From an uncultured Alphaproteobacteria bacterium (GTDB lineage: Bacteria; Pseudomonadota; Alphaproteobacteria; HIMB59; GCA-002718135): 64,000 nucleotides of DNA. The notes under the pieces were generated by a model, which searched no databases, was not told where the DNA came from, and saw only the letters and a list, made by a program, of their open reading frames with translations. Shown here piece by piece: positions 1-11,755 of this stretch; positions within the stretch are counted from its first letter, which is position 1; each line of letters starts with the position of its first letter. Position numbers and translations under genes: made by a program. The DNA lies in the NCBI GenBank assembly GCA_902616075.1, contig CACMRK010000004.1:22346-86345 (forward strand), written 5' to 3'.

Positions 1-732
1 GTTAACGGCTTTGCTTAATAAATATGCAGTAACTGTGGAATCTACACCTCCAGATAAACCACAAATTATTTTTTTATTCTTAATTTCATTTTTTAATTCT
101 GATACTTTATTTTCAATAAATTTTTGAATTTTGAATTTATTTTTTATAGTTACAATATTGAAAACAAAATTATTAATTATTTTTAAGCCAAAATCTGTAT
201 GATAGACCTCAGGATGAAATTGAAGGCAATAAATTTTATTTTTATAATTTTCAATAGATGAAATAATTTTATTATTTGATAAAGAAGTTATTGAAAAAAG
301 TTTTGGTATTTTATTGATATTATCTCCATGAGACATCCATACTTTGATTTTTTGTTTCTTAATTCCTTTAAATAAAAGTGATTTTCTTTTAATATTTATA
401 ATAGTGTGACCATACTCTCTATGCGTGGAACGTTTTACTACACCTTTCAAATTTTTTGTTACTAATTGCATTCCATAGCAAATTGCTAAAACTGGTTTTT
501 TCATTTTTAAAATTTCTTGATTTAATTTAGGAGCATTTTTGTCTAGTACTGATCTAGGTCCTCCAGATAATATAAATGCCGATGGTTTGATTTCATTTAA
601 AATTTTTTTTGTAATTTTATTAAAAGGATAGACAAGACAGAAGACTTCTAACTCTCTGATTCTTCTTGCAATTAATTGTGTATATTGTGATCCATAATCT
701 ACAATTAAAATAGTTTCTAATTTACTCTTCAT
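1..732 (-). CDS. guaA: GMP synthase (glutamine-hydrolysing), N-terminal part; 3' end runs off the window
   Basis: Not in the ORF track because the window edge truncates it. In my own minus-strand translation, ATG at 732 gives MKSKLETILIVDYGSQYTQLIARR (GATase N-terminus of GuaA). The same frame at 60..1 reads GLSGGVDSTVTAYLLSKAVN (SGGVDS ATP-pyrophosphatase loop) near residue 225. Confidence 0.85.
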   Translation of the reverse strand, partial: MKSKLETILIVDYGSQYTQLIARRIRELEVFCLVYPFNKITKKILNEIKPSAFILSGGPRSVLDKNAPKLNQEILKMKKPVLAICYGMQLVTKNLKGVVKRSTHREYGHTIINIKRKSLLFKGIKKQKIKVWMSHGDNINKIPKLFSITSLSNNKIISSIENYKNKIYCLQFHPEVYHTDFGLKIINNFVFNIVTIKNKFKIQKFIENKVSELKNEIKNKKIICGLSGGVDSTVTAYLLSKAVN

Positions 733-1321
733 GCAATCTAAATCCTCTTGATATTATAAATATTTCACTTGATTCTTGTCTTGATGATTTTGGCTTAAAA
801 TACTCAACTTTATCAAAAATTTTTTTAAGCATCTTTATAATTTCCTTTTCTTCCTCTCCCTTCCAAATTTTGAATATAAATGATCCTTGTTTTTTTAATA
901 TTATTTCTAATCTGTCTATAACCTCATATATTAATTGACATATCCTGAGATGATCTGTTGATTGATGACCAGTTGTATTAGGAGCTACATCTGATAAAAC
1001 CAAATCAAATTTATTTTTTAAATTAGTAAAATTATATTTTAAAAAATCCTCTCTATAGAAAGCTATACTTTGATTATTAATTTTCATATCTAATAAATCA
1101 AAACAGGTTATATTAGTTTTTGAATTGTAATTTAAGATGACTTGAGTCCAACCTCCTGGAGAAGATCCAAGCTCTAGTATTTCTCTAGAGTGCTCAATTA
1201 TTTTATATTTTTGCTCAATCTCTTCTAGTTTAAACGCAGCTCGATTTATATACCCTAACTGTTTAGCTTTCTTTACAAACTGATCATTTTTTTGTCTATT
1301 AACCCAGTTTTTTGATTTCAT
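722..1321 (-). CDS. rlmE: 23S rRNA (uridine-2'-O)-methyltransferase RlmE/FtsJ
   Basis: Track ORF 722..1378. It has SAM-MTase motifs LGSSPGGWTQV and VLSDVAPNTTGH. The RlmE-like N-terminus begins at the internal Met (MKSKNWVNRQKNDQFVKKAK), so I place the start at 1321. Its stop overlaps the guaA start by 11 nt. Confidence 0.8.
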   Translation of the reverse strand: MKSKNWVNRQKNDQFVKKAKQLGYINRAAFKLEEIEQKYKIIEHSREILELGSSPGGWTQVILNYNSKTNITCFDLLDMKINNQSIAFYREDFLKYNFTNLKNKFDLVLSDVAPNTTGHQSTDHLRICQLIYEVIDRLEIILKKQGSFIFKIWKGEEEKEIIKMLKKIFDKVEYFKPKSSRQESSEIFIISRGFRLHEE

Positions 1322-1390
1322 AAAAGATAATAAAGTTAACAAAAAATTGTTTTTTAGTAACTTTAATATATATGACATGTACGATATTTA

Positions 1391-2632
1391 ATGAAAAGAT
1401 CAATATTTATAGCCTTTATAATACTTGCCGCTGTTGTTGGATGGATTGGTTCTGGTCAATTTACAAATAATGTTGTTGCGCAAGACGAAGATACAGAAAC
1501 TAGCACTGAAACAGAAACTTCTTATTCTGGAGATACAGAAAATAATGATAATGAAGAATTTACATTTTCTGTTGAAACAAAGGTATTTACTTCCAGTTTA
1601 ATTGATCAATCTATTGAATTACAAGGTCAAACTATTCATAATAAAAAAATTGATGTTAAATCTGAAACATCTGGCAACATAGATAATATAGAATTCGCAA
1701 GAGGAGATAGAGTATCTCAAAATGCTGAAATGATTACAATCTCACTAGAGGATAGAAATGAAAAGCTTTCTAGTGCAAAAAAAGATTTAGAAAGACTCAA
1801 TAAAGAACTAATTTTAAATGAAAAAAACAGAGATAATCTACTTAGACAAAATGTTGAAAGAATTGAATTGTATGAAATTGAATATGCATCTGCAAAACAA
1901 CTTATTGATAAAGGTTTAAGTTCAAAATCAAAATTAAGTTTAGCATCTTTTAATCTTGCCAATGCTCAAGCGGATAGAGAAGATATTAAAATAAAATTTG
2001 AATCTACATTAGCAAACCTTGAGGCTCAAATTTCAAATGTAAAATCAATTTTAAAGAACATAAAACTCGATATAGAAAAAACTACTATCAAGGCGCCATT
2101 TGATGGAATTATTTCAGAAAAAATGGTTGAGCAAACTGAATTCATCTCAATAGGCACTCCCCTATTTACTATAATTGATTTAGACCCTATCAAGATTGAA
2201 GGATATTTATCTGAATTTGATGTAAATAAAGTAAGTGTTGGTACTAAAGCTTTAATCGAAGATAGTAATGGTATTAAAAAAAATGGAATAATTTCTTTTA
2301 TTTCTCCATCAGCTGAAACTAGTACTAGAACATTCGAAATTACTATTGAAGCTGATAACAAAGATCTCTCTTATAAAAGCGGCATAACAACTAAAATTGT
2401 TATCAAAGGCTCAGAACTTAAAGCTCACAAAATACCACCATCTATATTAACTTTATTAGACGATGGGACTGTAGGTGTTAAAGCTGTAGATAATGATAAT
2501 AAAGTTACTTTCTATCCAACCAAAACAATCAAGGATACAATAGATGGCATGTGGGTTTCTGGATTACCCGAGACAGTCAATTTAATTGTAAGTGGACAAG
2601 AATATATAAGTATTGGTGAAACAATAAACTAA
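1391..2632 (+). CDS. efflux RND transporter periplasmic adaptor subunit (MFP/HlyD family)
   Basis: N-terminal membrane anchor, a coiled-coil middle region and the barrel-sandwich motif TIKAPFDGIISEK. It lies 5 nt upstream of an RND pump gene. Confidence 0.8.
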   Translation: MKRSIFIAFIILAAVVGWIGSGQFTNNVVAQDEDTETSTETETSYSGDTENNDNEEFTFSVETKVFTSSLIDQSIELQGQTIHNKKIDVKSETSGNIDNIEFARGDRVSQNAEMITISLEDRNEKLSSAKKDLERLNKELILNEKNRDNLLRQNVERIELYEIEYASAKQLIDKGLSSKSKLSLASFNLANAQADREDIKIKFESTLANLEAQISNVKSILKNIKLDIEKTTIKAPFDGIISEKMVEQTEFISIGTPLFTIIDLDPIKIEGYLSEFDVNKVSVGTKALIEDSNGIKKNGIISFISPSAETSTRTFEITIEADNKDLSYKSGITTKIVIKGSELKAHKIPPSILTLLDDGTVGVKAVDNDNKVTFYPTKTIKDTIDGMWVSGLPETVNLIVSGQEYISIGETIN

Positions 2633-2637
2633 TCTAA

Positions 2638-5600
2638 ATGAAAATTAATATTATAGACTATGCAATAAGCCATTCCCGAGTTTTCATGGGAATACTTATT
2701 TTTATTATTTTTTCAGGTGCATCTACTTACATCACAATGCCCAAAGAATCATCTCCTGATGTAAGCATACCAATAGTTTATATTTCACTAAGTCAAAATG
2801 GTATTTCTGCACAAGACTCTGAAAGGCTTTTAGTTAAACCAATTGAAGACGAAGTTAAAACTGTTGAAGGAGTAAGAGAAGTAAGATCAACAGCTTATTC
2901 AGGTGGAGGTAATGTTTTATTAGAATTTGATGCTGGATTTGATTCTGATCAAGCTATGGTTGATATTAGGGATAAAGTTGATAGAGCTAAGGGTGATTTA
3001 CCTAGTGAAGCAGATGAACCAACAGTTAACGAAGTTAACATAAGTACATTTCCTATCTTATCCATTTCTTTAAGTGGAGATGTGCCTAATAGAACTCTTC
3101 AGGATTTAGCTGACATTTTGCAAGATGATATTGAAACAATTCCTAGTGTTTTAGAAGCTAAAATAGGCGGTAAAAGAAATGAACAGGTTGACATATTAAT
3201 TAATCCAACTGCAGTTGATAGCTATGGTATCAATCTTGAGAGTCTTATTAATATTGTTAGAGAAAATAATAAAATGGTATCTGCTGGTGGTCAAGACACT
3301 GGTGACGGAAGTTTTGATATTAAAGTTCCAGGTTTATACGAAACTATTGAAGATGTATTAAATACTCCTGTTAAAACTAACGGAGACTCAGTTATTACTT
3401 TCAGAGATATAGCTGAAGTTAAAAGAACATTCGAAGATAGGCAATCTTATGCAAATGTAAATGGATCTAATTCAATAACTATTGATGTTTCCAAAAGAAT
3501 TGGTGAAAATATTATAAATACTATTGAAGAAGTAAAAAGAATAACTGCAATTACTGCTAAAAGTTTTCCTGAAAATGTTGAAATCTCTTTTGGAAATGAT
3601 CAATCAAAAGGAATTAAAACTATGTTAAATAGTCTGCAAAATAACGTCATAGCAGCTATAATCCTTGTTTTAATTATTATTTTAGGAGCATTAGGTGTTA
3701 GATCTGGTTTATTAGTTGGTGTATCTATTCCAGGATCGTTTTTATCAGGTTTATTAGCTCTGTCTGTAATGGGCTTTACTATTAATATAGTAGTATTATT
3801 TGCTCTAATTTTATCTGTAGGACTATTAGTCGATGGAGCAATTGTTGTTGTTGAATATGCAGATAGAAAAATGAAAGAAGGTCTTGGTGTAAAAGATGCT
3901 TTCGCAAACGCATCAAAAAAAATGTCACTACCAATTATATCATCGACTGCAACTACCCTAGCGGCCTTTTTACCTTTAATATTCTGGCCTGGTATAGCTG
4001 GTGAATTTATGAAATATTTACCAATTACACTTATATGTGTTCTTATATCTTCTTTGTTTATGGCATTACTGTTTGTCCCAGTTTTAGGATCTATTTTAAA
4101 TACTGTTTCAAGAATACTTCTCCAATTTATTGTACCATTACTAATATCATTAATTTTTTACAATCTATTATCTTATGGATTTGGATTATTAAATCTTGAA
4201 AGTTATAGTTTATTTATAACAATTGGAAAATATTTACTGAGCTTCGCTTTATTTATATTTGTATTTATAAGAATTATACCAAGAGTTTATAAAATTTCAG
4301 AAAATGTAAATTCTACAGATAAATTAGTTTCTAAAAATGCAAAAATTTTATCTTCAGAATCAAATGAACCTGTTTTAAACGTAACTGGTTTTGTTGGATT
4401 TTATGCAAAAGTATTAAACTTCTTATTATTTCATCCTTTAAAGGTGATGATTAGTGCTTTAGTAATATTAGTTGCTGTAAACTTCACCTATACTAAAGTT
4501 GGAGAAGGTGTAGAATTTTTCCCAGATGTTGAACCAGATCTTGCAAAAATTGTAGTCTTTGCAAGAGGTAATCTCTCAGTTGAAGAGAAAAAAGATTATG
4601 TATCAAGAGTTGAGAATATTATTTTAAAGCTTCAATCGGAAAGACAAGAATTTAAAAATATTTATTCTTTAAGTGGAAATGTAAGTGAACAATCAGAGGC
4701 ATCAGAAGACTTTATTGGATCAATAAGTTTGGAATATACAGATTGGGATAAAAGAAGAAAATCAAAAGTAATTCTTGCAGAAATTTTGGAAGCCACAAAA
4801 AGCATCAATGGTATTAAAGTAGAGTCAAGAGAACAACAAGGTGGTCCTGGTGAAGGTAAACCAATTAACATTAAATTAACCAGTGATAATAAACAACTTT
4901 TAATTGCTGAAGGAATTAAGCTTAAAAAATTTATGGATAGTTATCCAAAGTTAATGAATGTAGAAGATAATTTACCAGCACCTGGGATAGAATGGGAAAT
5001 TAATGTAGATAGAAAACAAGCTTCTAAGTTTGGAGCTAACATTACATCAATTGGTAATGTAATTAAACTTGCAACAAACGGTCTTAAACTTGGTGAATAT
5101 AGACCTGATGATAGTAATGAAAGTATACCACTTTATCTTCGCTATCCAAACGAAGGAAGAACATTGGATAGAATTGATAACTTAAGAGTAACTACTTCAA
5201 ATGGTTTAGTTCCAATATCCAATTTTGTAGAAATTGTTCCAAATAGCAGAACAGGAAATATAATTAGAGTAGATTCAAAAAATGCTATAAATATTCAGGC
5301 AGATGTAGAGCCTGGAACTTATCCTGACGGAAAAGTAAAAGAACTTGAGTACGTATTAGGAATTTCAGATACTGCTCCGTCTTGGAGAGGAAGAACAATA
5401 GATTTACCTCGTTATGAATTGGACAACAAAGTAAGGGCTGAACTTATTGGCGAAAATGAAGACCAAAAAGAAGCTCAAGAATTTTTAACAGGAGCTTTTG
5501 GTGTAGCTTTATTTTTAATGCTAATGATACTTCTATTGCAGTTTAATAGCTTTTATAGTGCATTCTTAATTCTTTTTGCAGTAGTAATGTCCACAGCCGG

Positions 5601-6033
5601 TGTTTTTATAGGATTAATGGTAACAGCACAGCCATTTGGTATTGTTATGTCAGGAGTTGGAGTAATTGCTCTTGCTGGAATAGTTGTAAATAATAATATT
5701 ATATTGATTGATACATTTGATTTTTTAAAGACTAAAACATCTAGTATAAGAGAAGCCATTATCAAAACAGGAGCCCAGAGACTTAGACCAGTTTTACTTA
5801 CAACAACTACAACAGTACTAGGATTATTACCAATGGTTACAATGACAAATGTTGACTTCATATCTAGAGAAATAACCAGAGGTTCGCCAGATACCCAGTG
5901 GTGGGTTCAATTATCAACAGCTATAGTATTTGGGCTACTTTTTGCTACATTTCTTACATTAGTTGTAACACCATCAGCATTAATGTTTAGAGAAAACATT
6001 AAGAATTGGTATAAGAAGAAAATTTCTAGTTAA
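2638..6033 (+). CDS. RND efflux transporter permease (AcrB/HAE-like), 1131 aa with an extra hydrophobic insert in the central loop
   Basis: Typical AcrB architecture: TM1, large periplasmic loop, a TM2-6 block, a second periplasmic loop and a TM8-12 block. It sits downstream of the MFP gene. About 95 extra residues lie between TM6 and TM7 (see findings). Confidence 0.85.
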   Translation: MKINIIDYAISHSRVFMGILIFIIFSGASTYITMPKESSPDVSIPIVYISLSQNGISAQDSERLLVKPIEDEVKTVEGVREVRSTAYSGGGNVLLEFDAGFDSDQAMVDIRDKVDRAKGDLPSEADEPTVNEVNISTFPILSISLSGDVPNRTLQDLADILQDDIETIPSVLEAKIGGKRNEQVDILINPTAVDSYGINLESLINIVRENNKMVSAGGQDTGDGSFDIKVPGLYETIEDVLNTPVKTNGDSVITFRDIAEVKRTFEDRQSYANVNGSNSITIDVSKRIGENIINTIEEVKRITAITAKSFPENVEISFGNDQSKGIKTMLNSLQNNVIAAIILVLIIILGALGVRSGLLVGVSIPGSFLSGLLALSVMGFTINIVVLFALILSVGLLVDGAIVVVEYADRKMKEGLGVKDAFANASKKMSLPIISSTATTLAAFLPLIFWPGIAGEFMKYLPITLICVLISSLFMALLFVPVLGSILNTVSRILLQFIVPLLISLIFYNLLSYGFGLLNLESYSLFITIGKYLLSFALFIFVFIRIIPRVYKISENVNSTDKLVSKNAKILSSESNEPVLNVTGFVGFYAKVLNFLLFHPLKVMISALVILVAVNFTYTKVGEGVEFFPDVEPDLAKIVVFARGNLSVEEKKDYVSRVENIILKLQSERQEFKNIYSLSGNVSEQSEASEDFIGSISLEYTDWDKRRKSKVILAEILEATKSINGIKVESREQQGGPGEGKPINIKLTSDNKQLLIAEGIKLKKFMDSYPKLMNVEDNLPAPGIEWEINVDRKQASKFGANITSIGNVIKLATNGLKLGEYRPDDSNESIPLYLRYPNEGRTLDRIDNLRVTTSNGLVPISNFVEIVPNSRTGNIIRVDSKNAINIQADVEPGTYPDGKVKELEYVLGISDTAPSWRGRTIDLPRYELDNKVRAELIGENEDQKEAQEFLTGAFGVALFLMLMILLLQFNSFYSAFLILFAVVMSTAGVFIGLMVTAQPFGIVMSGVGVIALAGIVVNNNIILIDTFDFLKTKTSSIREAIIKTGAQRLRPVLLTTTTTVLGLLPMVTMTNVDFISREITRGSPDTQWWVQLSTAIVFGLLFATFLTLVVTPSALMFRENIKNWYKKKISS

Positions 6034-6059
6034 ATTTTTTCTAATAAACATTTAAATAT

Positions 6060-6611
6060 ATGACGATTAAATCTATTACTGTCTATTGCTCATCTTCAGA
6101 TAAATTAAGTAATAAATATTATCAAGATGCAGAAGAAATTAGCAAATTAATATCATCATTGAAAATAAATATTGTCTACGGTGGGGCAAAAGTTGGTATT
6201 ATGGGTGTGGTTGCTAAGACAGCAAAAAAATATAAAAATATAGTTACTGGAGTTATTCCAAATTTTTTATCTGAGAGAGAAATAATTTTTGAAAATATAG
6301 ATGAATTAAAAATAGTGGATAATATGTCTGAAAGAAAAAAATTACTATTTGAGTTAGGTGATGCGTATTTAGCATTACCAGGAGGAACAGGTACTTTAGA
6401 AGAAATAGTAGAAGTTGTATCTTGGAAAGTAATGGGGATTCATAATAAGCCAATAATATTTTTTAATAAAAATAATTTCTGGGATAATCTATTTCAGCAA
6501 TTTAAATTTTTTGAAGATGAAAATTTTTCAAATAAAAATTTACAAAACAGTTTTCACATTATAGATACGGTTGATCAATTAAAAAATATATTAATTAAAT
6601 GGCAAAAATAA
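6060..6611 (+). CDS. LOG family protein (TIGR00730; cytokinin riboside 5'-monophosphate phosphoribohydrolase-like)
   Basis: Motifs GGAKVGIMG and PGGTGTLEE; length 183 aa. Confidence 0.8.
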   Translation: MTIKSITVYCSSSDKLSNKYYQDAEEISKLISSLKINIVYGGAKVGIMGVVAKTAKKYKNIVTGVIPNFLSEREIIFENIDELKIVDNMSERKKLLFELGDAYLALPGGTGTLEEIVEVVSWKVMGIHNKPIIFFNKNNFWDNLFQQFKFFEDENFSNKNLQNSFHIIDTVDQLKNILIKWQK

Positions 6612-7807
6612 AAGTTAAAAACCCTGTAGTTGAAATGGATGGAGATGAAATGACCAGAATCATCTGGGAGTACATCAAAGAACAATTAATTTTGCCATAT
6701 ATTGATATAGATATCAAATATTTTGATCTTGGGGTGATTAAAAGAGATGAGACAAATGATCAAATCACAATAGATGCTGCCGAGGCAGTGAAAAAATATG
6801 GTGTAGGAATAAAATGTGCAACAATTACTCCTGATGAAAATCGAGTAGAGGAATTCAAATTAAAAGAAATGTGGCGTTCTCCCAATGGAACAATAAGAAA
6901 TATACTGGGAGGAACAATATTTAGACAGCCAATTATATGCAAAAATGTTCCAAGAATAATTACAAACTGGAATCATCCAATTGTAGTTGCTAGACATGCC
7001 TTTGGTGATCAATATAGAGCGACTGACACATTAATTAATAAACCAGGAACTCTTAAAATGGTTTTTGAACCTAAAGATGGATCTGAAGGATTTACAAAAG
7101 ATGTATATGAATTTGAAAAACCTGGTGTGGCCCTATCAATGTATAATTTAGATAATTCAATTAAAGACTTTGCTAGAGCTTGTTTTAATTATGGACTTAA
7201 CCTTGGTTGGCCAGTTTACCTTTCTACTAAAAATACTATTTTAAAAATCTATGATGGAAGATTTAAAGATTTATTTCAGGATGTATTTGATACAGAATTT
7301 AAAAATAAGTTTAAAGAAAAAGATATAGTTTATGAACACAGATTAATCGATGATATGGTGGCCTCAGCATTAAAATGGGAAGGTAATTTTATATGGGCTT
7401 GTAAAAATTATGATGGAGATGTTCAATCAGATTCTGTAGCTCAAGGATTTGGATCACTAGGTTTAATGACAAGTGTGTTAATGACCCCAGATGGTAAAAC
7501 AGTAGAAGCTGAGGCTGCACATGGAACTGTTACAAGACATTATAGAAATCATCAGAAAGGTATAGAAACTTCAACTAATCCTATTGCATCAATCTTTGCT
7601 TGGACAAGAGGTTTAAGTTTTAGAGGAGAATTTGATGGTAATAATGAATTAATTAATTTTGCTAAAAAATTAGAAGAAACGTGTATCAAAACTGTAGAAA
7701 GTGGTGAAATGACAAAAGATCTAGCAATATTAATCAACAAAGATCATAAATGGTTAAACACTCAAGATTTTTTAAGCGCAATAAAAAACAATTTTCAAAT
7801 TAACTAA
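6599..7807 (+). CDS. icd: NADP-dependent isocitrate dehydrogenase (402-aa eukaryote-like homodimeric type)
   Basis: Full-length similarity pattern to IDH1-type enzymes ([34 protein letters not shown]). Overlaps the LOG gene by 13 nt. Confidence 0.9.
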   Translation: MAKIKVKNPVVEMDGDEMTRIIWEYIKEQLILPYIDIDIKYFDLGVIKRDETNDQITIDAAEAVKKYGVGIKCATITPDENRVEEFKLKEMWRSPNGTIRNILGGTIFRQPIICKNVPRIITNWNHPIVVARHAFGDQYRATDTLINKPGTLKMVFEPKDGSEGFTKDVYEFEKPGVALSMYNLDNSIKDFARACFNYGLNLGWPVYLSTKNTILKIYDGRFKDLFQDVFDTEFKNKFKEKDIVYEHRLIDDMVASALKWEGNFIWACKNYDGDVQSDSVAQGFGSLGLMTSVLMTPDGKTVEAEAAHGTVTRHYRNHQKGIETSTNPIASIFAWTRGLSFRGEFDGNNELINFAKKLEETCIKTVESGEMTKDLAILINKDHKWLNTQDFLSAIKNNFQIN

Positions 7808-10472
7808 TAGAGTTTAATTTATCTTCTACGTATTTTATACTTTCATTAATTTGACTAACATCTGATCCTCCTCCTTGAGCAAGATCTTTTCTACCACCCC
7901 CACCCTTGCCACCTAGAATAATCGAAATTTCTTTTATTTCTTTTGAAGCATCAAAAAGGTCTGTAATATCTTCAGTAACTCCTAGCACTATAGATAGTTT
8001 TTTATTATTATTTGAAATTATTAACGAAACACTATTTTTGTTATATTGTTTTTTTTGCTCATCAATAAATGTTTTCAAAGATTTATTAGGGTAGTCTTCA
8101 GCAATCAAGTATATGAAATTTAATTCTTTGATTTTTTTTACAACAATATTATCAATATTTTTTGATATAGACATATTTTGTTTTAATTTTTCGTGTATCT
8201 GAATTAATTCTTTAATTAACAAACCTTTGTCTTCAGATTGATTTTTAAAATTATAATCAGCATTAATCTTTTTAATTTTATTCTTTAAATCTTCAATTTG
8301 ATTATCTTGGTTTTTATTTTTTTCTAATAAATTTCTATCTATTTCTTTAATATATTTATCCACTGCAACATTAGATACAGCCTCTATTCTTCTTATTCCA
8401 GACGCAACACTAGATTGATTAGTTATTTTAAATTTACTTATTTCCCCTAATTTAACTACATGAGTTCCTCCGCATAATTCTTTTGAAAAGAATGATTGAT
8501 TTTCTTGACCCATTGTTACTACTCTTACTTCATCGCTATATTTTTCTCCAAACAATGCCATCGCACCTTCTTCAATAGCTTTTTTTTGATCCACAAATTT
8601 AATTTCAACAATTCCATTTTTTTGAATTTGATCATTTACAATTTCTTCAATATTCATGAGTTGATCTTTTTCAATTGGATTATTGTGACTAAAATCAAAT
8701 CTAAGTTTTTCTGAATTTACAAGTGAGCCCTTCTGCGTGACATGCTTGCCCAGTATTTTTCTAAGAGCAGCATGTAATAAATGAGTTGAAGAATGATTAT
8801 ATTTAATAAAATCTCTATTCAATGTATTAATTCTTGCTTTAATAGTATCTTCAATTTTACATTCACCACTAATTACTTTACCTATGTGAAGAAAATAGTT
8901 TCCAAATATTTTTGTAGTATTCATAACTTCAAACTTAAAGCTATCATTTTCAAAAAAACCATGATCTCCCACCTGACCACCACTTTCTCCATAAAAAGGT
9001 GTTTGATTTAATATTATAATTGCTTCTTGATCTTTTTTAATTTTATCTACTGGCTTACTTTCAGATATGATTGAAATTATTTTACAATCAGCTTCCATAT
9101 CAGAATATCCTAAAAATTCTGTTGGATCTATTTTAGAAGTTATTTCAAACCAAATGCGTTCATCCTCGATGTCTCCTGTACCTTTCCAACTTTGTCTTGC
9201 TCTTTCCTTTTGATCTAACATTTTTTGTTCAAATGTTTTTATATCGACTTCAATATTTTTACTTTTCAAATAATCTTGTGTTAAATCTAAGGGAAATCCA
9301 TAGGTGTCGTATAATTTAAATGCTACTTCTCCATTAAATATATTTGTTGAGTTAGAAATTTCCTCATCTAAAATTTTAATTCCTTTTTCAACAGTTTCCT
9401 TGAATTTAGTTTCTTCATTCATTAATGTATTAGTGATCAGATCTTTTGCTCTATCTAATTCAGGATATGAATTTTTAATTCCATCTAAAAAAATAGGAAA
9501 TAGCTTATGAAATATAGGCTCTTTATTACCTAAAGAATGAGCGTGTCGCATTCCCCTTCTCATTATTCTTCGTAAGACGTATCCTCTACCTTCATTTGAA
9601 GGCATTACTCCATCGGCAATTAAAAAAGAGGATGATTTTAAGTGATCTGCAATTACTCTGTGACTAGGATTTGTTATTGAACTTTCATCACCACATAGTT
9701 TTGTTGATTCATTTATAATTGGTTGAAATAAATCTGTTGAATAATTATCATTAGAACCATCTAGAAGAGCTGTCATTCTCTCTAATCCCATTCCAGTATC
9801 AATGGATGGTTTTGGTAGATTTATTCTCTCAGATTTAGATATTTGCTCATATTGCATAAATACTAAATTCCATATTTCTATAAATCTATCACCATCTTCG
9901 TTTGGAGAACCTGGAGGGCCTCCTTCGTATTTATCACCATGATCATAAAATATTTCAGAACATGGACCGCAAGGACCAGTTTCACCCATTGACCAAAAAT
10001 TATCTGAAGTACTTATTTTAATAATTTTATTTTCAGACAATCCAGCTATTTTTTTCCATAAATCAAAAGCTTCCTGATCATCAGAATAAACAGTTACTAA
10101 TAGTCTATCTTTATTTATTGCGTATTCTTTAGTAATTAGATTCCATGCTAGTTCTATGGCCAACTCTTTAAAATAATCTCCAAAAGAGAAATTTCCTAAC
10201 ATTTCAAAAAAAGTATGGTGTCTTGTGGTGTATCCTACATTTTCTAAATCATTGTGTTTTCCGCCTGCTCTTACACATTTCTGAGCAGTAGTTGCTCTAT
10301 TATATTCTCTTATTTCTTTACCTGTAAAAATATTTTTAAATTGTACCATTCCAGAGTTAGCAAACATTAGAGTAGGATCATTATCTGGCACTAAAGAGCT
10401 AGAATGAATAACCTCATGTCCATTTTTTTTAAAATAATTGAGAAATATTGACCTAATCTGATTTGAATTCAT
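7800..10472 (-). CDS. alaS: alanine--tRNA ligase
   Basis: 890 aa with class II AlaRS core motifs, an editing-domain HxxxH ([12 protein letters not shown]) and a C-terminal GGKGGGG(R)KDLAQGGG. Confidence 0.95.
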   Translation of the reverse strand: MNSNQIRSIFLNYFKKNGHEVIHSSSLVPDNDPTLMFANSGMVQFKNIFTGKEIREYNRATTAQKCVRAGGKHNDLENVGYTTRHHTFFEMLGNFSFGDYFKELAIELAWNLITKEYAINKDRLLVTVYSDDQEAFDLWKKIAGLSENKIIKISTSDNFWSMGETGPCGPCSEIFYDHGDKYEGGPPGSPNEDGDRFIEIWNLVFMQYEQISKSERINLPKPSIDTGMGLERMTALLDGSNDNYSTDLFQPIINESTKLCGDESSITNPSHRVIADHLKSSSFLIADGVMPSNEGRGYVLRRIMRRGMRHAHSLGNKEPIFHKLFPIFLDGIKNSYPELDRAKDLITNTLMNEETKFKETVEKGIKILDEEISNSTNIFNGEVAFKLYDTYGFPLDLTQDYLKSKNIEVDIKTFEQKMLDQKERARQSWKGTGDIEDERIWFEITSKIDPTEFLGYSDMEADCKIISIISESKPVDKIKKDQEAIIILNQTPFYGESGGQVGDHGFFENDSFKFEVMNTTKIFGNYFLHIGKVISGECKIEDTIKARINTLNRDFIKYNHSSTHLLHAALRKILGKHVTQKGSLVNSEKLRFDFSHNNPIEKDQLMNIEEIVNDQIQKNGIVEIKFVDQKKAIEEGAMALFGEKYSDEVRVVTMGQENQSFFSKELCGGTHVVKLGEISKFKITNQSSVASGIRRIEAVSNVAVDKYIKEIDRNLLEKNKNQDNQIEDLKNKIKKINADYNFKNQSEDKGLLIKELIQIHEKLKQNMSISKNIDNIVVKKIKELNFIYLIAEDYPNKSLKTFIDEQKKQYNKNSVSLIISNNNKKLSIVLGVTEDITDLFDASKEIKEISIILGGKGGGGRKDLAQGGGSDVSQINESIKYVEDKLNSIS

Positions 10473-10510
10473 GAAAAGGTATTATAACTTGAAAACTCTA
10501 TTGTCTAAAT

Positions 10511-10538
10511 AAAAAAGCGCCTATTTTGAAATAGGCGC
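10511..10538 (-). terminator. rho-independent terminator downstream of recA
   Basis: GCGCCTAT (10517-10524) pairs with ATAGGCGC (10531-10538) around a 6-nt loop. On the minus strand the hairpin is followed by a T6 run (10511-10516). It lies 20 nt after the recA stop. Confidence 0.8.
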
Positions 10539-10557
10539 CAAACAAAAATAATATTTA

Positions 10558-11670
10558 CTATTCTTTTATTTCTTCAGCTTCTTTAGCTTCTTTTTCTTTT
10601 TCTTTATTCTCTACTTTTCCTTCCATCATAGCTTTTTCAACTATTCCAGCATTTTGTAGAATTTGATTTTCAATTTCTTTAGCTATAGTTGGATTGTCGT
10701 TAAGAAAGTTTTTAACGTTTTCTCTACCTTGTCCTATTTTAGTATTTTTGTAAGCAAACCATGATCCAGATTTATCAATAATTTCTGCTTTGACACCTAA
10801 ATCAACTAATTCACCTAATTTAGATATACCCTCTCCGTACATTATATCAAATTCAACAACTTTGAATGGAGGTGCAACTTTATTTTTAACTATTTTTACT
10901 CTAGTTTGATTTCCAATGATTTCATCTTTATCTTTAATTGCTCCAATTCTTCTAATATCCATTCTTACAGAAGAATAAAACTTTAAAGCATTACCGCCTG
11001 TAGTTGTCTCAGGACTACCAAACATAACGCCAATTTTCATTCTAAGTTGATTTATGAATACAACTAGAGTGTTTGATTGAGCGATAGAGCTTGTGAGTTT
11101 TCTTAAAGCCTGACTCATCAATCTAGCTTGTAAACCAGGTAATGAATCTCCCATATCGCCTTCTAGTTCAGCTCTTGGGACAAGTGCCGCAACTGAGTCA
11201 ATAATTAGCACATCAATACCCCCAGATTTAATTAAAGAATCAGCAATTTCTAAACCCTGCTCACCTGTATCAGGCTGGGAAATTAATAATTCTTCTAAAT
11301 TTACACCTAATTTTTTTGCATATGCTGGATCTAGAGCATGCTCTGCATCTATAAATGCGCAATTACCGCCTTGTTTTTGTGACTCAGCAACAATATGAGT
11401 AGCTAAAGTAGTTTTACCAGAACTTTCAGGTCCATAAATTTCAATAATTCTCCCCTTTGGAACTCCGCCAATACCAAGGGCAATATCAAGCCCTAATGAA
11501 CCAGTAGATATTGCTTCAATATCTACGTTTGTTTTAGAGCCCAATTTCATTATTGAGCCTTTTCCATAATTTTTCTCTATTAGGCTGACAGCAGCTTCTA
11601 GAGATTTACTTCTGTTTTCTTTATCCATTGAATTTTCGTTATTTACTACTTTTAATTTAGCTTGAGACAT
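10558..11670 (-). CDS. recA: recombinase RecA
   Basis: Walker [10 protein letters not shown], the conserved RecA core, and an acidic KE-rich tail. Confidence 0.97.
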   Translation of the reverse strand: MSQAKLKVVNNENSMDKENRSKSLEAAVSLIEKNYGKGSIMKLGSKTNVDIEAISTGSLGLDIALGIGGVPKGRIIEIYGPESSGKTTLATHIVAESQKQGGNCAFIDAEHALDPAYAKKLGVNLEELLISQPDTGEQGLEIADSLIKSGGIDVLIIDSVAALVPRAELEGDMGDSLPGLQARLMSQALRKLTSSIAQSNTLVVFINQLRMKIGVMFGSPETTTGGNALKFYSSVRMDIRRIGAIKDKDEIIGNQTRVKIVKNKVAPPFKVVEFDIMYGEGISKLGELVDLGVKAEIIDKSGSWFAYKNTKIGQGRENVKNFLNDNPTIAKEIENQILQNAGIVEKAMMEGKVENKEKEKEAKEAEEIKE

Positions 11671-11755
11671 TACATTTCTCCATTAATTTCCTATGTTTTT
11701 ATTAAGATTCTTGCAAATCATGTTTACTTGTACACGTTTTGTTCTATTTTTAAAA

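Noticed and set aside
1717-2361. Antisense ORFs 1717..1962 and 2026..2361, and similar ones inside alaS, icd, the RND gene, potA, the GMC genes, the SBP gene and others (most minus/plus 'shadow' ORFs of 60-127 aa in the track).
   Set aside because: They lie wholly inside well-supported genes on the opposite strand. Their composition is low-complexity and rich in Leu, Ile, Phe and Ser, as expected for the reverse complement of AT-rich coding sequence. They show no recognisable motifs.
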